A stretch of 10,709 nucleotides of DNA from a bacterium (GTDB lineage: Bacteria; Zhuqueibacterota; Zhuqueibacteria; Oceanimicrobiales; Oceanimicrobiaceae): the NCBI GenBank assembly GCA_046757025.1, contig JBHHXN010000178.1, positions 1-10,709 on the forward strand, given 5' to 3'. Below, in pieces: positions 7,270 through 10,709 of the stretch (positions within the stretch are counted from its first letter, which is position 1; the number at the start of each line of letters is the position of its first letter). A program made the position numbers and the translations under genes. The notes below the pieces were generated by a model. That model was not told where the DNA came from. It saw only the letters and a list, made by a program, of their open reading frames with translations, and ran no database searches.

Positions 7270-7830
7270 TCAGACCCTTTTACCCTGACGTTTTTTAGTC
7301 AATCCCACACCGATAAAAATAACTAAAAATACCGCTCCAAAAATGATCGGCACCATGTTAAAATTGGTCTTGCCGATGACAATCGGGAAAGGAATTTTTT
7401 CGAAAAAATCCGCTCTCGGTTCAAACTTCACGTTGATGTAGAACTTTTCGGCTTCCTTAAATTCGTAGCTCATTTTGTATTCGTTGTAATCGCAGGCCAC
7501 GGTTTTGGGTGCGACAATTTCCTGTTCGCCGCCAAAAAACGTTTCCTGGCTAACCGACATTTGGATGGGTTTGGTATAAACTTCTCCCGTGAGTTTGTGT
7601 TTGATGTAGGTTTTAATGCGGACTATTTGACCCGGCCGGGGATTTCCAGGAAAAATCGAAAACGTCACCAGGTAACCTTCGGCGTCTGCCTCAATGACCA
7701 TGGTCGGAATTTGCGGGTAATCCTTTGAATAGAGATAATGCGGCAGCCCCAGTTGGTGATGGGCCTGCCCCTGACTCGCAAAGATGACGATTCCAAAAAA
7801 AATACTGAAAATATATTTGAGTATTTTCAT
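7270..7830 (-). CDS. Hypothetical exported protein with C-terminal membrane anchor; predicted mature N-terminus HHQLGLPHY
   Basis: AAGGAG 12 nt upstream of ATG 7830. Sec-type signal MKILKYIFSIFFGIVIFASQGQA, beta-rich-looking middle region, and C-terminal TM plus basic tail (VPIIFGAVFLVIFIGVGLTKKR). Starts 21 bp after the stop of the upstream ferredoxin. Confidence 0.82.
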   Translation of the reverse strand: MKILKYIFSIFFGIVIFASQGQAHHQLGLPHYLYSKDYPQIPTMVIEADAEGYLVTFSIFPGNPRPGQIVRIKTYIKHKLTGEVYTKPIQMSVSQETFFGGEQEIVAPKTVACDYNEYKMSYEFKEAEKFYINVKFEPRADFFEKIPFPIVIGKTNFNMVPIIFGAVFLVIFIGVGLTKKRQGKRV

Positions 7831-7851
7831 GATGAACAACCGCTCCTTAAG

Positions 7852-8427
7852 TTAGGTTTTTACAATCCGGATGGCTTTAACTTTTTGTAAGCACACTTCT
7901 TCACACAATCCGCAGCCCACACATTTTTCGTCGATGACTTTCGGGTATCTTTGCATGTCCAGATTAACGGCATTGAGCGGACAGACGGTGTAACAGGCAC
8001 CGCATCCGCCCTGATTGATGTACGGCAAGCACAAATTTTCCTCCAGCACCGCCAGCCCCATTTTCACTTCTTCCATTTTGTTCAATGGACTCAAGGCACC
8101 CGTGGGACAAACACGCGTGCACTCCAGACACAAATCGCAGGCCGCCTCAGCGGCGACGATGTACGGGGTGTGCGGCGTGACTATGCCCTGGAAATCTTCC
8201 TCAAAAAACTGAATGGCATGACGATCGCAGACCTCCGCGCAAACGTCGCAATGGATGCAGCGCTGTAAAAAGTCCGTCTCCGGAAGCGCGCCCGGTGGCC
8301 GCAAATAATTGCTTTGCTGGTAAGCAAAACGGTAGAGTCTTTTCGCGGGTCGGGAATCATCCCGGCACCCCAGCACTCCGGCCAGAAAGCCAGCGCTAAT
8401 CAGTTTTAAACAATTTCGCCTATTCAT
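7852..8427 (-). CDS. NapG/MauM-type 4x[4Fe-4S] ferredoxin with Tat signal and lipobox (putative Tat lipoprotein)
   Basis: MNRRNCLK-(hydrophobic)-VLGC N-terminus, LRPPGALPE, four Cys groups (CIHCDVCAEVC; CDLCLECTRVCP; C...CGACYTVCP; CVGCGLCEEVC), and GGAGAAG RBS. Confidence 0.9.
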   Translation of the reverse strand: MNRRNCLKLISAGFLAGVLGCRDDSRPAKRLYRFAYQQSNYLRPPGALPETDFLQRCIHCDVCAEVCDRHAIQFFEEDFQGIVTPHTPYIVAAEAACDLCLECTRVCPTGALSPLNKMEEVKMGLAVLEENLCLPYINQGGCGACYTVCPLNAVNLDMQRYPKVIDEKCVGCGLCEEVCLQKVKAIRIVKT

Positions 8428-8485
8428 GTATTATACTTCTCCAATCGATTTCTTGTGAACACGATTGGAAATGGGTCTTTTCTAA

Positions 8486-8646
8486 GTGCTCCATTTCAGA
8501 AATGGTTGTAGGGTTCACTAGAGATAATAGCAGCTACCGATCTTCGCCCTTCGACGTCGCGCAGGGTGAAGATCATGGTTTCCCGAATGTGAATTGGGAC
8601 TCAGCATGAAGATAGGTACCCAATAATCAATTTTGAAATGGAATAC
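8486..8646. mobile_element. MITE-like element family 3
   Basis: 161 bp with imperfect ~22-bp TIRs GTGCTCCATTTCAGAAATGGTT / AATCAATTTTGAAATGGAATAC. TAA directly repeated on both flanks. Internal hairpin GATCTTCGCCCT...AGGGTGAAGATC. Confidence 0.75.
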
Positions 8647-8750
8647 TAAGTAAAGGTTAAATTGACTTTTCAAGCTCATGCTTTTTTACGTCCTCTTTTA
8701 CAGTTGGCGTTTTATAGTATTAACACTGAACTTTTGCATTTTTTTGCCAA

Positions 8751-8868
8751 GAAAAACAAAAATCAAAAACCGGAAACCGAAATTCGTCGTCTATAGATTT
8801 TGAAATAGACAAGCCAACTCTGGAATTCCTTTTTGCGAATTTCGCTTTTCGGTTTGCGGCTTTTCGCT
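8751..8868. repeat. Inverted pair of degenerate 7-mer tandem arrays overlapping the 3' end of the napH-like CDS
   Basis: AAAATCA AAAACCG GAAACCG AAATTCG (ending 8786) faces CGAATTT CGCTTTT CGGTTTG CGGCTTT TCGCT (8836-8868). Inner hairpin GTCTAT...ATAGAC. Confidence 0.7.
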
Positions 8869-9779
8869 ACATTAGGATTTTCACCGTTTGGCGTTCTGTT
8901 AAATCCAAACGTATATTTTAGCGCGCCGGGTTTGCACACTGAGATGCACAACCCACACTGATCGCAATCAGCTTTTAGCTCACGGGTCATGGGTTTCAAA
9001 TCGTAGGGACAAACGGGCAGGCAATCGCCACATTGGTCGCAAAACTGGTCGTTACGTTCGATTTTTAGCCACTTCCATCGCGACAGCGCCGTGTAAACCG
9101 CTCCGCCGGGACAGATGTACCGGCACCACCAGCGCCGCGAAAGGATCAGCTCCACAAAACAGATGGCACCAATCAACAAAAGACCGTTGCTCCAGAAACC
9201 GTTGTAAATCTTGTAAAAGAGCTCGCGGCTGATAACCGCCGGCGGGTAGATCAGCGACAGCAAAGGACGGCCGGCCAGAAAAGCCGCCAGCAAACCGATG
9301 AGCAGCACCCAAAATTTGGTTTGCTTTTTAAATCGAACATCCCGGGTGTGGTAGCCGATTTTTTCCAGCAGCCGGCGCATTTTGTCGTTGATTTCCAGTA
9401 AGAGATGCATGGGACACAGCCAGCCGCAGTAAACTCGCCCCAGGGTAACGGTGAAAAACAACGGCACCAGCAGCGACAGCAGCATGGGCAGATAAAAATA
9501 AACCGCGGTGGTGGTGGATTCCAGCACTGCCAGCGGATCGCTGATTCGAAATCCGAAAAAGTTGATGGTCCACACCGAGCCCTTGACCTGGTGCGACAGC
9601 TCGATGACTTGACTGCGATCCTGGCCTTTGAACAAGAGGTGGATGGCGCGCAAGGCTTTGGAATTCTCGATGGCATAGTCGTCTTTTTGCTCCACTTTGA
9701 TGCCATAAAAATTAAAAAGCGGAATCAAAATGAGCAGCGCGATGACGGCGATTTGTACGATTCGTCTAACTATTTGCAC
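8763..9779 (-). CDS. NapH/MauN-type membrane quinol dehydrogenase ferredoxin subunit
   Basis: RRIVQ N-terminus, ISDPLAVLE, GRVYCGWLCP, RWWCRYICPGG, CDQCGDCLPVCP and DCDQCGLCISVC. Start placed at GTG 9779 (AGGAG upstream; overlaps the end of the upstream napG-like gene by 14 bp) instead of 9884. Confidence 0.9.
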   Translation of the reverse strand: MQIVRRIVQIAVIALLILIPLFNFYGIKVEQKDDYAIENSKALRAIHLLFKGQDRSQVIELSHQVKGSVWTINFFGFRISDPLAVLESTTTAVYFYLPMLLSLLVPLFFTVTLGRVYCGWLCPMHLLLEINDKMRRLLEKIGYHTRDVRFKKQTKFWVLLIGLLAAFLAGRPLLSLIYPPAVISRELFYKIYNGFWSNGLLLIGAICFVELILSRRWWCRYICPGGAVYTALSRWKWLKIERNDQFCDQCGDCLPVCPYDLKPMTRELKADCDQCGLCISVCKPGALKYTFGFNRTPNGENPNVAKSRKPKSEIRKKEFQSWLVYFKIYRRRISVSGF

Positions 9780-10410
9780 TCTGATGGCCGCTCCTGGTCT
9801 GGTGGTAAGGAATGACTTTAATCGCCTGGGGGTAATGATAGCAGATTCTTTCGCAAAGTCCGCAGCCCACGCATTTTTCAGCAACCAGGACAGGTTTCTC
9901 CCACGCCCCGATTTTTAGCGCTTCATCCTGCAGAGGACAGGCGCGATAACACACACCGCAGATTCGGTTGTTGTATGAATAACAGAGGTCGGTATCCAGT
10001 ACCGCTACGCCCATGGCGACCTGGGTTTTGATGGACGCCAGATCATTTTGCAGCGGCTGCAGCGCCCCCGAAGGACAAACCTGGTTGCATTTCATGCACA
10101 GAATGCAGCCTTGCGCACGCGGGATGATGTGCGGTGTGCCGGCACATTCGCCCGACCCGATGTCGAAAAAGCGGATGCATTGATTGGGACAGACGTCGCC
10201 GCACAAGCCGCAACGAATGCACTTTTTCAGGAATTCATTTTCGGGTAGCGCGCCAGGCGGACGCAGAAATCGCAAGCGTGTGCTGCTTGGCAGCCATCTT
10301 AAAAATGAGAAAAAGTACACGCCCAATCCCAGCAGACTGTATTTTAAGACCTCCCGCCGGGATTTTTTGCCGCTGAGATTAGCAAAAAGATTTTTAAATA
10401 CACCCATCAT
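9766..10410 (-). CDS. NapG/MauM-type 4x[4Fe-4S] ferredoxin with Tat signal
   Basis: SRREVLK plus hydrophobic stretch, LRPPGALPENEF, four Cys groups (CIRCGLCGDVCP; CILCMKCNQVCP; C...CGVCYRACP; CVGCGLCERIC), and GTP motif. Overlaps the napH-like gene. Confidence 0.92.
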   Translation of the reverse strand: MMGVFKNLFANLSGKKSRREVLKYSLLGLGVYFFSFLRWLPSSTRLRFLRPPGALPENEFLKKCIRCGLCGDVCPNQCIRFFDIGSGECAGTPHIIPRAQGCILCMKCNQVCPSGALQPLQNDLASIKTQVAMGVAVLDTDLCYSYNNRICGVCYRACPLQDEALKIGAWEKPVLVAEKCVGCGLCERICYHYPQAIKVIPYHQTRSGHQSANS

Positions 10411-10433
10411 TTTATTAACCTGAATAATTCACA

Positions 10434-10568
10434 GCCACGAAGTCCCTAAGACACAAAGTATGTAAATATTGAGTAAAATTGAATTGAAAAGATTACCTCA
10501 GAAAACTCAGTTTTAAATTCATGCTTGTTGTAGATTATTTATTCTTAGTGACTTTGTGAATTTGTGGC
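10434..10568. repeat. Inverted pair of degenerate 9-mer tandem arrays around an AT-rich core
   Basis: GCCACGAAG TCCCTAAGA CACAAAG (10434-10458) versus CTTAGTGAC TTTGTGAAT TTGTGGC (10544-10568); 19/25 complementary. Confidence 0.75.
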
Positions 10569-10626
10569 GAAAGTTTATGAGTCATGCAGGTTGACAACTT
10601 AAGGTTTAATAAAATACCATACGCTT

Positions 10627-10694
10627 TCGGTGTCATTTGGTGAATTCAGTGTTTATTTTTGTTTTGAACACCGAAGGCCTCTGAAAGCACTGAA
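10627..10694. repeat. Inverted degenerate 9-10-mer arrays (TTCRGTG / CACYGAA)
   Basis: TTCGGTGTCATTTGGTGAATTCAGTGTT followed after a short T-rich spacer by AACACCGAAGGCCTCTGAAAGCACTGAA. Confidence 0.55.
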
Positions 10695-10709
10695 CCTGAA
10701 TAATTCCTA

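Noticed and set aside
8734..8750. Sigma54-like TGGCA...TGCA on the minus strand (similar motif near 1062-1076 on the plus strand)
   Set aside because: GG-to-GC spacing is 9 nt, not the required 10.
9780..9884. Extended start of the napH-like ORF
   Set aside because: It would overlap the upstream ferredoxin gene by about 120 bp. GTG 9779 with AGGAG fits the NapH N-terminus.
8763..10410. Assigning gene symbols napG/napH or nosG/nosH
   Set aside because: Family membership is clear, but no napA, nosZ or mau gene is in the window, so the pathway cannot be assigned.

Overview
Bacterial window with nine credible protein genes and an unusually dense set of small intergenic palindromic elements. The left part has a DUF99 (endonuclease V-like) gene and an ILVBL/HACL2-type thiamine-diphosphate enzyme on the minus strand. 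These two genes lie between inverted, ~95% identical copies of a ~146-bp MITE-like element. A lone TonB-family gene follows on the plus strand. The right part (4844-10410, minus strand) is a six-gene iron-sulfur electron-transfer cluster. In transcription order it encodes a NapG/MauM-like ferredoxin, a NapH/MauN-like membrane protein, a second NapG-like ferredoxin with a Tat-lipoprotein signal, an exported membrane-anchored protein whose predicted mature N-terminus is His-His, a third, probably cytoplasmic, NapG/NapF-like ferredoxin, and a 510-aa polytopic Fe-S membrane protein. No catalytic terminal enzyme (NapA, NosZ, multiheme cytochrome) lies in the window. Intergenic DNA holds three kinds of ~150-160-bp elements with terminal inverted repeats and REP-like inner hairpins, plus several inverted 7-mer and 9-mer periodic elements. 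One of the 7-mer elements forms the 3' end of the napH-like gene. No rRNA, tRNA, CRISPR array or transposase gene was seen. All product calls come from motif recognition by eye, not database searches.
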